Positions 35,331 through 45,306 of a stretch of 64,000 nucleotides of DNA are shown here, one piece after another. Under the pieces are notes generated by a model. It did not search any database and had not been told where the DNA came from. It saw only the letters and a program-made list of their open reading frames with translations. How positions within the stretch are numbered: position 1 is the stretch's first letter; every line of letters starts with the position of its first letter. Position numbers and translations under genes: made by a program. Source of the stretch: Nitrospinales bacterium (GTDB lineage: Bacteria; Nitrospinota; Nitrospinia; Nitrospinales; VA-1); assembly GCA_965262115.1 (NCBI GenBank), contig OZ253496.1, forward strand, positions 1,824,001-1,888,000. The letters are read 5' to 3'.

Positions 35331-38021
35331 ATGGAAAATTCTGAAAAACACCACCGACTGGCGATTGATTTCAGCCAGGTGCAGAATATCCCTGCCGATC
35401 CCAAGCAGAGACTGCCCTATTTTCAGACCTTTAAACAATTATTGAAGGATGAGAAGGCCAGGATCAAAAGCTGGCATCGCTCGGGAACCGGCGGACGCGA
35501 AATCATCCAGGCCCACACCAGTCTTGTCGATGAGGTCATCCGGCACGTCCTTCTTTCCATGACACAGCTTGAGGCTTATGCCTACGCCCGCGTTCTGGAA
35601 GGGTTCTCCCTCATCGCGGTGGGGGGCTATGGACGGGGAGAACTCAATCCGCTTTCAGATATCGACCTGTTGTTTCTTCTTGCCGAAAAAACCAAGCCTC
35701 TCACAAAAACATTTATTCAGGACGCACTGTCAGTTATTTGGGGGTTCGACATGGAAATCAGTCACAGCTCCCGCACCATTAAAGACTGTGTAAAACTTTC
35801 CCGGGAGGATTTGACCATCAAAACCTCCATGATCGAAACCCGGTTCCTCATTGGCAATCGAACCACTTATGACAAGTTTCACAACTCCATCTATAAAAAT
35901 GTTTTGCAAAAACATGTGAAACAGTTTTTGAACTCCAAACTGAAAAAAACATACACCCGCTACGGACAGGAGGACGGCGTGGTGTGCCACCCGGAACCGG
36001 ATATTAAAAACGGGCCGGGAGGATTGCGAGACTACCATAGCGCCCTGTGGGCCACCGCCGTGCGCTATGGATGCCATTCGCTTCGCGAAATCAAAGAGAC
36101 CCATGTGCTTTCCCGGGAAGAAATTGAGTCGCTCTACCATTCTGTCGATTTTTCATTGCGCGTCCGCAACGAACTGCATTATCTGACCGAAAGAAAAACC
36201 GATGTCCTGACCTTCGACGTTCAGAAACAACTGGCCGCGAATCTGGGTTACCGGTCTTCCACCCACGGGCAACCCGTTGAAGAGTTCATGCGCGACTATT
36301 ACCTGCACGCCACCAATATCTATAATTTTTCGCAACACCTTTTTGAACATTGCCGACAAACCAAAAGATCACTCAAAAAAGTAATCTCTTCATCAACTAA
36401 AAAGTCCGTAGGGAGTGGGTTCCATATTTCAGATTCCTTCCTGATTTATGAGGGCGATGCGAAAGAGGACTTCAAAAAAGATAAATCACTTTTATTGCTG
36501 GCGTTGGAGCTTTGCAGAAAGCAAAAGGTCGCGCCGGATTACAAGCTCCAGCGGCAAATGCGGCTGAGCAAAAGTCTCATTAACGCGCAGTTTATGAAAG
36601 GGGACGAGACTCGGGATTTCCTGTTCTCCATTCTGAAAGACAAAGGCGCTGAGAAAATCCTGCGGCTGATGCATGAAACACACATTCTGGAACAGGTCCT
36701 GCCGGAATTCGGGCTGGCACACTGCAAGGTGAACCATGATTTCTATCATCACTACACCGCCGATGAGCATTCCCTGCGCGTCATCCGCTTTCTCGATGAA
36801 CTGGCCATTACCGGCATCACCAATCCCACCGACCTGCCCGCCTTGTATCAGGATTACTTTCGGAAAGGGATTCTCAAGTTATCAGCCCTTCTGCAATCGG
36901 TAGGAGAAATGCGCGAGGGTGAACAGGGCGAATTTTTAAAATCCATGACAGAAAGACTGAACCTGGAAGAGGCGGATGTGCAAATCCTGCTTTTTCTTCT
37001 CGCTAATCCTTACACCCTGATCGAAACGGCCTTGCATCAGGATATCCACCAGCCTGCGGTGATCCGGAAATTCGCCGAAACCGTGGTGAACCCGGAGAAG
37101 CTGAAGGGACTCTATCTCCTCAGTTATGCCGAGTTGCGGGCGGTGGCACCGGGAACTCTGACCGCCTGGAAAAAAATATTGCTCTCGGAGTTATATGAAA
37201 GGACCCTGAAGTATCTGGAAGACCCAGGTTCTCTGGAACAACAGCCCCGGGCCACCCGAGTGGGGGTATTCAAAGCCTTGCATCGGGAACTGCCCGCGAA
37301 CGATATCGAAAAGCACCTTCGCCAGATGCCGGAAGATTATTTGATGACAGTATCCTCTGAAGAGGTGGCACTTCATATCCGTCTCATCCGTTCTTTTAAG
37401 GATAAACTGTTTGTTCTGCATCACCAGTTCCATGAAGAAGGCAACTACCATAACCTGACCCTGTGTTGCCCTATCGGCATTGAATCGTTTAAAAAACTGG
37501 TGGGAACCGTCACTGCCAAAAGCCTGAATATTCTCGGTGCACAAATTTATCTCAAACAGGATGGCATCGTGATTGTCACTATACAGGTCGAAGCAGGTGC
37601 CAACGCCACAGCCGATGACCTCGAAATCTGGAAAGATATTAAAAATACCCTGGGCCAATTGTTTGCCGGGGAAACCAGTTTACAGAAAATGCTGAAATCC
37701 CGAACCCGTTACGTCGGCGAGCAGAAAAAGGTGGCGATGGCCCCGAGAGTGCATGTTGAAAAAACGGTGGACAATCCGTTCACAGTAATCCGGGTTGAAG
37801 CCCGGGACCATATCGGCATGCTCTACAAAGTTGCCACCGTCTTTGCCAATTTTGGCATTCGCATTCACCGGGCCAAAATTTCCACCCAGGGCGACCGGGC
37901 CATCGATGTTTTTTACGTGTCTCTGAAAAGTCCGAATTTCGACCTCAATAAAGTGATCCTCCGGTTCAAGGAACATATGATCCAGACCTTGATGATCGAA
38001 AAACTGGAAGACGTCCGCTAG
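35331..38021 (+). CDS. glnD: PII uridylyltransferase GlnD (HD motif degenerate)
   Basis: AVGGYGRGELNPLSDIDL, EPDIKNGPGGLRD, HHYTADEH, two C-terminal ACT domains (DHIGML, IDVFY). Confidence 0.9.
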   Translation: MENSEKHHRLAIDFSQVQNIPADPKQRLPYFQTFKQLLKDEKARIKSWHRSGTGGREIIQAHTSLVDEVIRHVLLSMTQLEAYAYARVLEGFSLIAVGGYGRGELNPLSDIDLLFLLAEKTKPLTKTFIQDALSVIWGFDMEISHSSRTIKDCVKLSREDLTIKTSMIETRFLIGNRTTYDKFHNSIYKNVLQKHVKQFLNSKLKKTYTRYGQEDGVVCHPEPDIKNGPGGLRDYHSALWATAVRYGCHSLREIKETHVLSREEIESLYHSVDFSLRVRNELHYLTERKTDVLTFDVQKQLAANLGYRSSTHGQPVEEFMRDYYLHATNIYNFSQHLFEHCRQTKRSLKKVISSSTKKSVGSGFHISDSFLIYEGDAKEDFKKDKSLLLLALELCRKQKVAPDYKLQRQMRLSKSLINAQFMKGDETRDFLFSILKDKGAEKILRLMHETHILEQVLPEFGLAHCKVNHDFYHHYTADEHSLRVIRFLDELAITGITNPTDLPALYQDYFRKGILKLSALLQSVGEMREGEQGEFLKSMTERLNLEEADVQILLFLLANPYTLIETALHQDIHQPAVIRKFAETVVNPEKLKGLYLLSYAELRAVAPGTLTAWKKILLSELYERTLKYLEDPGSLEQQPRATRVGVFKALHRELPANDIEKHLRQMPEDYLMTVSSEEVALHIRLIRSFKDKLFVLHHQFHEEGNYHNLTLCCPIGIESFKKLVGTVTAKSLNILGAQIYLKQDGIVIVTIQVEAGANATADDLEIWKDIKNTLGQLFAGETSLQKMLKSRTRYVGEQKKVAMAPRVHVEKTVDNPFTVIRVEARDHIGMLYKVATVFANFGIRIHRAKISTQGDRAIDVFYVSLKSPNFDLNKVILRFKEHMIQTLMIEKLEDVR

Positions 38022-38157
38022 GCGCGAGGCCAATTTATTCCCCCACATTAGTTGGCTGGGAGACTCCGCGCCATCATCGCGAACCGCAAAGCGGTGTGGC
38101 GATCCAGGTTCTGGATGTGGGAGCGGGACATACTTTAATGATCTTCCCCCTGACAAG

Positions 38158-38669
38158 GAGACCTTTGCATACGTCGAAAAAACGTAAAGTCGAGATTACC
38201 CGTTCCGGGCACGAAAGCTTAAGTGAAACATCACGTCTTCACTGCGTTCAGAATGACAAGAAACGCCAGCTTGTCATCCTTGAGAAGCCAAAGGCGACGA
38301 AGACGTGATATTTTTCCTTAACCTTCGTGAGCCTGTGATATTCCCTCCGCTAAATTCATGCCCGGAACGGGTAGAAGGGGTATGTGATGTCCTCTTCCTT
38401 AACCTTCATGCCCCGAAGGGGTAATCCGGTTGATCTTCCCCTGAATTGGTGGACACATCGAAAAGTGTGGATAATACACTTTTGGAGGTGTTTTTATGGG
38501 AACCAAACGCAGGAGTTTCAGTAAAGAATTCAAGTTAGAAGCGGTTCGATTGGTTATTGAAGTAGGCGATAGCATTGCCCGGGTGTCCCGGGATCTGGGA
38601 ATCCGTTCTGCCCTTCTGGGTCGCTGGAAACAGGAGTATGAGGAGGATCAGGTGTTATGTAAAGGTCTC
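38158..38669. mobile_element. Composite MITE (same TIR family) holding REP-like hairpins, four family-A units and an IS3 left-end remnant
   Basis: GAGACCTTTGCATA at 38158, TTATGTAAAGGTCTC ending at 38669. Confidence 0.75.
38431..38652 (+). mobile_element. IS3-family left end and truncated OrfA
   Basis: TGATCTTCCCC..GGACAC end; MGTKRRSFSKEFKLEAVRLV...ARVSRDLGI...LGRW HTH. Confidence 0.75.
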
Positions 38670-38694
38670 CTTGTCAGGGGGATTGAGGGGGTAC

Positions 38695-39096
38695 GTGAAC
38701 CAACACTTAAAGAGAGGGAAAGGCCTGACTTTCCTATTACTAGCCTTCATCAGTTGGACGCCCCATGCGTCGGCAGAGCCTGTCGACTCAGAAACCGGGC
38801 GGGACATTTTCTACAAACATTGCAAAGCCTGCCACGGAAATAAAGGCGACGGCAAAACTTTTGCGGCCAATGTGCTGAATCCACCGCCAAAAAATTTCAC
38901 CGATGAAGAATCAAAAAAGGAACTGATGGAAAAACGGATGATTGAATCCGTCACAAAAGGAAGGAAAGACACCGCCATGATGCCGTGGGAATCGAACCTC
39001 ACTCGGGAAGAAATCCGCGCCGTCGTGCATTACATCCGCCAAAAACTGATGAAACTGGAACCACCGATGGACACAGATGACAACAGATCAAGCTAA
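38695..39096 (+). CDS. Class I c-type cytochrome
   Basis: Signal peptide, CKACHG, G.G..A..LNPPPKNFT, TAMMPW. Confidence 0.88.
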   Translation: MNQHLKRGKGLTFLLLAFISWTPHASAEPVDSETGRDIFYKHCKACHGNKGDGKTFAANVLNPPPKNFTDEESKKELMEKRMIESVTKGRKDTAMMPWESNLTREEIRAVVHYIRQKLMKLEPPMDTDDNRSS

Positions 39097-39637
39097 GTTA
39101 AAAAGCTTCGTAGAGAGATGTTGCTGGGCGTATATCACGCACCAACATTACAAAGAGCTTTTTGAAGGGAGGAAAAGCGATTTAAGACTCTTCGAAAAAG
39201 TTTCACACCAATTCTTTGTAGACCTTAACCGCATATTGATTAAATACTTTTACATTCAAATATACAGCCTAACTGACCGTGATAAGTCTTACGGGAAAGA
39301 AAATCTAACTATTAACAACTTATTGAAAACCGTTGATTGGCCCAGTGACATTAAATCCGAACTTGAAAATAAAGTGAATCGATTGATGGACTTTGGAGAA
39401 AAAATCGCAATCGCAAGGAACAAACTCATAGCCCACGTTGACCTGAAGGCACATTTAGATGAAAAAGTCTTAGGAGGCTTCGAGGAAGGAGAAGATGAAG
39501 AATTTTTCCTTATTCTGGAAGAAACCGTAAATGTTATGCATGAGCACTTGATGGGCGGTCCATACTCCATCCGCGTCAGCAATGCATTTGAGCCGGTGGA
39601 GAAGTTTCTGAGAAAACTAAGAACACTTGAAGAATAA
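39077..39637 (+). CDS. HEPN-like (AbiU2-type) hypothetical protein
   Basis: Helical, AT-rich ORF with ARNKLIAH (R-x5-H) and LTD..SYGKENLTI. Confidence 0.6.
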   Translation: MTTDQAKLKSFVERCCWAYITHQHYKELFEGRKSDLRLFEKVSHQFFVDLNRILIKYFYIQIYSLTDRDKSYGKENLTINNLLKTVDWPSDIKSELENKVNRLMDFGEKIAIARNKLIAHVDLKAHLDEKVLGGFEEGEDEEFFLILEETVNVMHEHLMGGPYSIRVSNAFEPVEKFLRKLRTLEE

Positions 39638-39735
39638 AAAGCCTGTCACCACAGTCATAAATCTGTGTTTATTGGTGTCCATCTGTGGCTAAAAAGGTTT
39701 TCTTGATAAGACACGGTTGCAAATTACAAGCAGGA

Positions 39736-40041
39736 TTAAACCATGTTCTGCGGTAGCGGGCGGATATTTTTCTCCATCGTGGGCCAATCATCTCGCCTGG
39801 CAAGCTTGAGGTCGTAGCGAGACTGCAAATTCATCCAGAATTCGGCAGTCGTTTTAAAGTATTTTCCCAGTCGCAAAGCACTATTGGCCGTGATACCGCG
39901 TCGGGCATGAACAATATCGTTGATACGTGCTACAGGGACATCAATATCCCTCGCAAGTTTGTTTTGGCTGATCCCAAAGGGCAACATAAACTCTTCCAGT
40001 AGAATTTCTCCCGGCGTGACCGGCGCCAGTTTTTTTCTCAT
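39736..40041 (-). CDS. higA: HigA antitoxin
   Basis: PGEILLEEF..SQNKLA..RGITANSALRL..FWMNLQ. Confidence 0.92.
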   Translation of the reverse strand: MRKKLAPVTPGEILLEEFMLPFGISQNKLARDIDVPVARINDIVHARRGITANSALRLGKYFKTTAEFWMNLQSRYDLKLARRDDWPTMEKNIRPLPQNMV

Positions 40042-40057
40042 AATCTACTCGCTCTAT

Positions 40058-40336
40058 TTAATGATAATCGACGATTTCCACATCATGGGGATGACCATCT
40101 TTCCACTTAAAACAAACCCTCCATCGTTCGTTGATGCGGATACTGTATTGGCCCTTACGGTTTCCCTTTAAAGCTTCTAATCTGTTGCCCGGTGGTTGCC
40201 GCAAATCATTAATCTCTTTGGCGGCTTCGAGCATTTCCAGTTTTCTCCTGGCAACCCTTTCGATATTTCGAAAAAGTGGAACCAATTCATCTCGAAACAG
40301 GTTTTCCGTGTCTTTGCAGCGGAAACTTTTAATCAT
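40058..40336 (-). CDS. higB: HigB (RelE/ParE) toxin
   Basis: MIKSF..PPGNRLEALKG.RKGQYSIRINERWRVCF..VDYH; toxin upstream of antitoxin. Confidence 0.92.
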   Translation of the reverse strand: MIKSFRCKDTENLFRDELVPLFRNIERVARRKLEMLEAAKEINDLRQPPGNRLEALKGNRKGQYSIRINERWRVCFKWKDGHPHDVEIVDYH

Positions 40337-40405
40337 TCTTTATAGTATTCCTAAAAAAGAAACGTGTCAACAGGAATTCGATAACAGAAATATAGGTTTC
40401 TTCTC

Positions 40406-40735
40406 CTACTTCTTCACCTCTTTACCCAGTTTCTGTTCGATGGAAGCGATTTTGGATTCCAGCCTGCCCGATTTGCCCACCCTATAATCGATCTTGATAC
40501 CGCAGGTGATGCGTTTGCAATCCTTCCTCATGGTCTCGTAACATTGTTTGACCACCCCCATAACTTCATCGAACTCGCCTTCCAGCACCGTTCCCATCGG
40601 ATTCAACCGATACGGCACACCGCTATCGTCAATAATTTTAAGGGAACGGCTGACCTGTTCGCTGACGCTCTCCCCTTTATCCATAGGGCTCATGCTGAAC
40701 TCAAGCAGTACCATATTCATGTCCTCAAAATTCAC
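40406..40735 (-). CDS. MTH1187/YkoF thiamine-binding protein
   Basis: EFSMSP..GESVS..SGVPY.LNPMGTVLEG; IKIDYR. Confidence 0.88.
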   Translation of the reverse strand: MNFEDMNMVLLEFSMSPMDKGESVSEQVSRSLKIIDDSGVPYRLNPMGTVLEGEFDEVMGVVKQCYETMRKDCKRITCGIKIDYRVGKSGRLESKIASIEQKLGKEVKK

Positions 40736-40932
40736 TAGGCGGAGTACCTCCGCTGGTAATTTGCAATTTCTTTATTTCGTGGGCAAACGTTTTCTCGGCC
40801 CAACGAGTCATTGCGAGTTGGCCCCACGCCGAGTGGGAATTTATTACTTGCATTTTAGGGCTGAAATATGAAATGATCAACCATCCCATTCAAGCAATTG
40901 CGGGAAATCCAAGTAAAGGCGGTATTTGTTTT

Positions 40933-42012
40933 TTGTCCCAGTTAGATGATCTGCGCCAGCAGATTGACAAAATTGACGACCAGCTGGTAAAGCTGATCAG
41001 TCGCCGTGGCCAATTGGCCCAGAAAATCGGCGATGAGAAATCCCGTAAGGGGAAGACGAACCACTTTCACGTTCCCCAACGCGAAGGGGCGATCCTCGAA
41101 CGGTTGAGGGAGCTGAACAAAGGCCCTTTCCCAAACTCTTCCATCGAATCCATTTTTCGCGAACTGTTCTCCGCCACGCTCGCTCTAGAAAAGCCTTTGA
41201 AGATTGCTTTTCTCGGGCCGGAAACCACCTTCAGCCATCAGGCAGCAGTCCGGCATTTTGGCCATTCCTGCACCTTCAATCCTTGCGGAAATATTGAAAC
41301 TGTTTTTTCGGAAATCGAGATGGGCAACTCCGATTACGGTGTCGTGCCGGTAGAAAATTCCATTGAAGGGGTTATCAACCTGACCCTCGACTGCTTTGTC
41401 GATTCTCCTCTTAATATTTGCAGTGAGACCCGGCTACCCATCGGGCTTTTTCTTTTGTCTACGGTCACTGACCGGAAAAAGATCAAGAAAATCTATTCAC
41501 ATCCACAACCTTTTGCGCAGTGCAGAAACTGGCTGAACAGTAACTTGCCGGGTGTTGAGCAGGTTCCTGCTTCCAGCACGGCCCAGGCGGCAGAACTGGC
41601 CGAACAAAATAAAAACACGGCCGCCATCGCTGGGGAACTGGCCGCCGAGGTCTATGGCCTAAAAACGGTTGCGAAAAATATTCAGGATTGGGCCGAAAAT
41701 CACACCCGGTTTCTGGTCATATCCAAAGACAAGGCTAAAAGAGCCAAGAAAAACAAAACATCGCTCATGTTTTCCATCGCCGACGAATCCGGGTCGTTGC
41801 TCAAAGTCCTGCAGTTGTTTGCCAAAAACAAAATCAGTCTATCGAAAATACAATCGCGGCCCCTGCGCAACCGGCCCTGGGAATACTTGTTCTATGTTGA
41901 TTTTCTTGGCCACATTGAAGACAAGACAGTCGAACGTGTCTTGAAAACATTGGGCAAGCAAACTCTATTTTTGCAAGTGCTGGGTTCTTATCCCGAACAG
42001 GGGCAACCATGA
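40933..42012 (+). CDS. pheA: Chorismate mutase/prephenate dehydratase
   Basis: LRQQIDKID, FLGPETTFS, PVENSIEG, SHPQ, TRFLV, IQSRP; TTG start inferred. Confidence 0.95.
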   Translation: MSQLDDLRQQIDKIDDQLVKLISRRGQLAQKIGDEKSRKGKTNHFHVPQREGAILERLRELNKGPFPNSSIESIFRELFSATLALEKPLKIAFLGPETTFSHQAAVRHFGHSCTFNPCGNIETVFSEIEMGNSDYGVVPVENSIEGVINLTLDCFVDSPLNICSETRLPIGLFLLSTVTDRKKIKKIYSHPQPFAQCRNWLNSNLPGVEQVPASSTAQAAELAEQNKNTAAIAGELAAEVYGLKTVAKNIQDWAENHTRFLVISKDKAKRAKKNKTSLMFSIADESGSLLKVLQLFAKNKISLSKIQSRPLRNRPWEYLFYVDFLGHIEDKTVERVLKTLGKQTLFLQVLGSYPEQGQP

Positions 42013-42872
42013 AACTGTTTGGGAAAATGACCGTTATTGGAGTAGGCCTGTTGGGGGCCTCGTTGGCCAAGGCCTGCAAAGAGCGCGGCCTGGTGGAAGA
42101 GATTTCGGGATATGGCAGGAACCGTGAGAACCTGGAAAAATCTAAGGATTTAAAGATCATCGATCACTGCCCCGCTGATTTGGGTGCGGCGGTCAGCGGT
42201 GCCGACCTGATCGTGTTGTGCACACCGGTTTCGACCCTTGTTCCCTTGATGCAAAACCTGGCCTCCGAGGTTCGGCCTGGCACGCTGATCACTGATGTCG
42301 GCTCGGTGAAAGAGCCCATCGTCAAGGGCATAAACAAACTGGTTCCCAAAGGCGTTTTTTTTGTCGGGTCGCACCCGATCGCCGGAGGGGAAAACTCCGG
42401 ACTGGAAGCTTCCACAGCAGATTTATATCAAGACGCAAAATGCATCGTGACCCCAACAGACGCCACCGATAAAAAAGCTGTGGAAAAAATCAGCGCACTT
42501 TGGCAAGCGGTCGGCATGGAGGTCGTCAGCTTGTCAGCAGAAGAACATGATTTTATTTTTGGCGCGGTGAGCCATTTGCCTCACATCGTGGCTTACGCCC
42601 TGATGAACACTCTTGGCGCCTTGAGAACCCCCAATGGTTGTGAAGTCACCGCCTATTCAGGGGATGGACTAAGAGACATCACCCGAATTGCTTCCAGCGA
42701 CCCGGTTATGTGGCGGGATATCTGTCTTTCCAATCGCAACCATTCGCTGGATCTGATCGACCGGTTCCAGAACAAGCTGGAAGAAATTCGCAGTACCATC
42801 GAAAGAGGCGACGGGCAGGAATTAAAAAAAGAATTTATAGCCGCGAACAAATACCGGCTGAACGTGATTTGA
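42009..42872 (+). CDS. tyrA: Prephenate/arogenate dehydrogenase
   Basis: IGVGLLGAS, DVGSVK, HPIAG, SHLPH, DITRIA. Confidence 0.93.
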   Translation: MKLFGKMTVIGVGLLGASLAKACKERGLVEEISGYGRNRENLEKSKDLKIIDHCPADLGAAVSGADLIVLCTPVSTLVPLMQNLASEVRPGTLITDVGSVKEPIVKGINKLVPKGVFFVGSHPIAGGENSGLEASTADLYQDAKCIVTPTDATDKKAVEKISALWQAVGMEVVSLSAEEHDFIFGAVSHLPHIVAYALMNTLGALRTPNGCEVTAYSGDGLRDITRIASSDPVMWRDICLSNRNHSLDLIDRFQNKLEEIRSTIERGDGQELKKEFIAANKYRLNVI

Positions 42873-42876
42873 TCGA

Positions 42877-43533
42877 ATGATTATCGCAATAGACGGGCCC
42901 GCAGGCAGTGGCAAAAGCACGGTCGCCAAGCTGGTCGCCAAACGGCTGAACTACCGGTACATCGACACCGGCGCCATGTATCGAGCCGTGGCCTGGACCG
43001 CCCAGAAAAAGGGTCTGGACCTTACCGACGAATCAGTTATGGCCAAGATCGCCTTGAGCCTGAATATCGAATTTGTTCCTGACGCTGAAGGGCAATCGGT
43101 ATTGGTGGAAGGTGAAAATGCCACCGCCCTTTTGAATAATGAAACGGTGGGAAGGGGAGCCGCAACAGTTGCGGCGCAAAAGTTTGTTCGCGAGGTCCTG
43201 GTGGCTCGGCAGCGTCAGATCGGCGCGACCGGCAATGTTGTCATGGATGGACGCGATATTGGGACGGTTGTATTTCCCCAGGCCGACAAAAAAATTTTTT
43301 TCGTTGCCAACGCGGAAGAACGCGGACGACGGAGGTATGAGGAACTGAAATCTAAAAACCCGGGCTTGGATTTGAAAACCATTGTCGAAGAAATTCGGCA
43401 ACGCGACCATGAAGACCGCAACCGACAAATTTCTCCACTGGTCAAAGCAGACGATGCCCTGGAAGTTGATACCACTCGATTAAGTATTGAAGAAGTCACT
43501 GATCACGTTTTTAAAAATATAAATAACCTTTAA
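42877..43533 (+). CDS. cmk: Cytidylate kinase
   Basis: IAIDGPAGSGKST, DTGAMYR, DGRDIGTVVFP. Confidence 0.96.
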   Translation: MIIAIDGPAGSGKSTVAKLVAKRLNYRYIDTGAMYRAVAWTAQKKGLDLTDESVMAKIALSLNIEFVPDAEGQSVLVEGENATALLNNETVGRGAATVAAQKFVREVLVARQRQIGATGNVVMDGRDIGTVVFPQADKKIFFVANAEERGRRRYEELKSKNPGLDLKTIVEEIRQRDHEDRNRQISPLVKADDALEVDTTRLSIEEVTDHVFKNINNL

Positions 43534-43565
43534 ACATCACAAGAGAAAGTGAGAATCAAGAGGTC

Positions 43566-45269
43566 ATGAAAATATCCAAGGAATTGCTAGAGCAAATGGA
43601 AAATGATGACAAGGAGGAGCAGGAAGAGCTAACCGCAACCCAGATCGCCGCCTATGAAGAGATGGAGGGCTATTTTAACGAGAGTCTTGGCCGCTTTAAA
43701 GCTTCGCAGATCATCATAGGAAAGGTGATCGCCATTTCCAACGGACTGGCCACCATCGATGTCGGCTTTAAATCAGAAGGCATGGTCTCGCTTTCCGAAT
43801 TCCCTGAAAACGGCAAGAACCTGCAGCTTGATGAAGAGGTTGTGGTCTTTCTTGAAAAGGTTGAAGACAACGATGGCAATGTGGTCTTGTCCAAAGAAAA
43901 AGCCAATAAAATTAAAATCTGGGATGATCTGGTGCAAACTTATGAAGCGGATGAAACCATTCAGGGTACGGTGGTGGCCAAAGCCAAGGGCGGATTAACC
44001 GTCGATATCGGACTCAAAGCCTTCCTGCCTGGTTCCCAGATCGACCTTCGCCCGATTCGCAATCTGGAAAAACTGCTGGGCGAAAAATTCGACATGAAAA
44101 TCATCAAGATGAATAAAAAACGCGGCAATATTGTCTTGTCGCGAAGAATTCTCCTTGAAGAACAACGCAAACAGATTCGCGAAGGCACTCTGGAGAAAAT
44201 GAGTGAAGGCAGCCTCATTGAAGGTATCGTTAAAAATATCACCGAATACGGAGTGTTCATCGACCTGGGCGGAATTGACGGTCTGCTTCATATCACCGAT
44301 ATGTCATGGGGCCGGGTCAACCATCCTTCCGAAATGTTTTCCATTGGGGACAAAGCCACGGTCATGGTTCTCAAGTACGATAAAGAAAAAGAACGCGTCT
44401 CGCTCGGTCTCAAACAAACCAGTGCCGACCCATGGGTGGATGTCGATTCCAAATACCCGGTCAGCACACAAATCAAGGGACGGGTAGTCAGCATCACCGA
44501 CTATGGCGTGTTTGTAGAACTCGAAAAAGGCATTGAAGGGCTGGTCCACATTTCTGAAATGAGTTGGAGCCGTCATGTCAAACACCCGAGCAAAATGGTT
44601 TCGATCGGGGATGAAGTGGAAGCCATTGTGCTGACCCTCGATAAAGATAAAAAACGGATTTCGCTCGGCATGAAACAAATCGAGCCCAACCCGTGGGAAA
44701 AAATTGAAGAAAAATATCCCATTGGTTCTGAAGTTGAGGGCACGGTTCGCAACCTGACCGACTTTGGCGCCTTCGTGGAACTGGAAGATGGCGTGGATGG
44801 ACTGATCCATATTTCCGATTTGAGTTGGAAAAAAATCAAACATCCTTCTGAAATCCTGAGGAAAAAAGACAGAGTCACATCAGCCGTGCTCAGCATCGAC
44901 AAGGAAAACTGCCGCATCTCTCTTGGGGTTAAACAGTTGCAACCCGACCCCTGGGATGATATCGCAGCCAACTATCCTATCGGCACCAAAGTCACCGGCA
45001 AGATCATCAAGGTGACAGGATTCGGAGCGTTCGCGGAATTTGGCGACGGATTAGAAGGCCTGATCCATGTTTCGCAACTCAGTTCTGAAAAGATTACCGA
45101 TCCTGAATCTGCGGTAAAGGTGGACGATGATATCAAGGCAAAAGTGATCAAAGTGGATACCTCTAACAAAAAGATCGCTTTAAGCATTAAAGCCCATATG
45201 GAAAACCTCGACATTTCGCAGATCGAAAAAGAACAGGTAGACCTGGAAGGCTTTAAAGAAGAAGAGTAA
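43566..45269 (+). CDS. rpsA: 30S ribosomal protein S1
   Basis: Six S1 repeats; follows cmk. Confidence 0.96.
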   Translation: MKISKELLEQMENDDKEEQEELTATQIAAYEEMEGYFNESLGRFKASQIIIGKVIAISNGLATIDVGFKSEGMVSLSEFPENGKNLQLDEEVVVFLEKVEDNDGNVVLSKEKANKIKIWDDLVQTYEADETIQGTVVAKAKGGLTVDIGLKAFLPGSQIDLRPIRNLEKLLGEKFDMKIIKMNKKRGNIVLSRRILLEEQRKQIREGTLEKMSEGSLIEGIVKNITEYGVFIDLGGIDGLLHITDMSWGRVNHPSEMFSIGDKATVMVLKYDKEKERVSLGLKQTSADPWVDVDSKYPVSTQIKGRVVSITDYGVFVELEKGIEGLVHISEMSWSRHVKHPSKMVSIGDEVEAIVLTLDKDKKRISLGMKQIEPNPWEKIEEKYPIGSEVEGTVRNLTDFGAFVELEDGVDGLIHISDLSWKKIKHPSEILRKKDRVTSAVLSIDKENCRISLGVKQLQPDPWDDIAANYPIGTKVTGKIIKVTGFGAFAEFGDGLEGLIHVSQLSSEKITDPESAVKVDDDIKAKVIKVDTSNKKIALSIKAHMENLDISQIEKEQVDLEGFKEEE

Positions 45270-45280
45270 AACCTGAAAAA

Positions 45281-45304
45281 TTCTGGACCCGAAAGGGTCC
45301 AGAA
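45281..45304 (+). terminator. Stem-loop after rpsA
   Basis: TTCTGGACCC-GAAA-GGGTCCAGAA; weak U-tract. Confidence 0.5.
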
Positions 45305-45306
45305 TC

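Noticed and set aside
38304..38423. Adjacent ~40-bp units as a CRISPR array
   Set aside because: Units are nested or abutting with no unique spacers, are too divergent from each other, and no cas genes are in the window.
38496..38843. 115-aa ORF as an intact IS3 transposase
   Set aside because: Only the first ~52 codons are OrfA-like; the rest runs through the MITE end into an alternate frame of the cytochrome gene.
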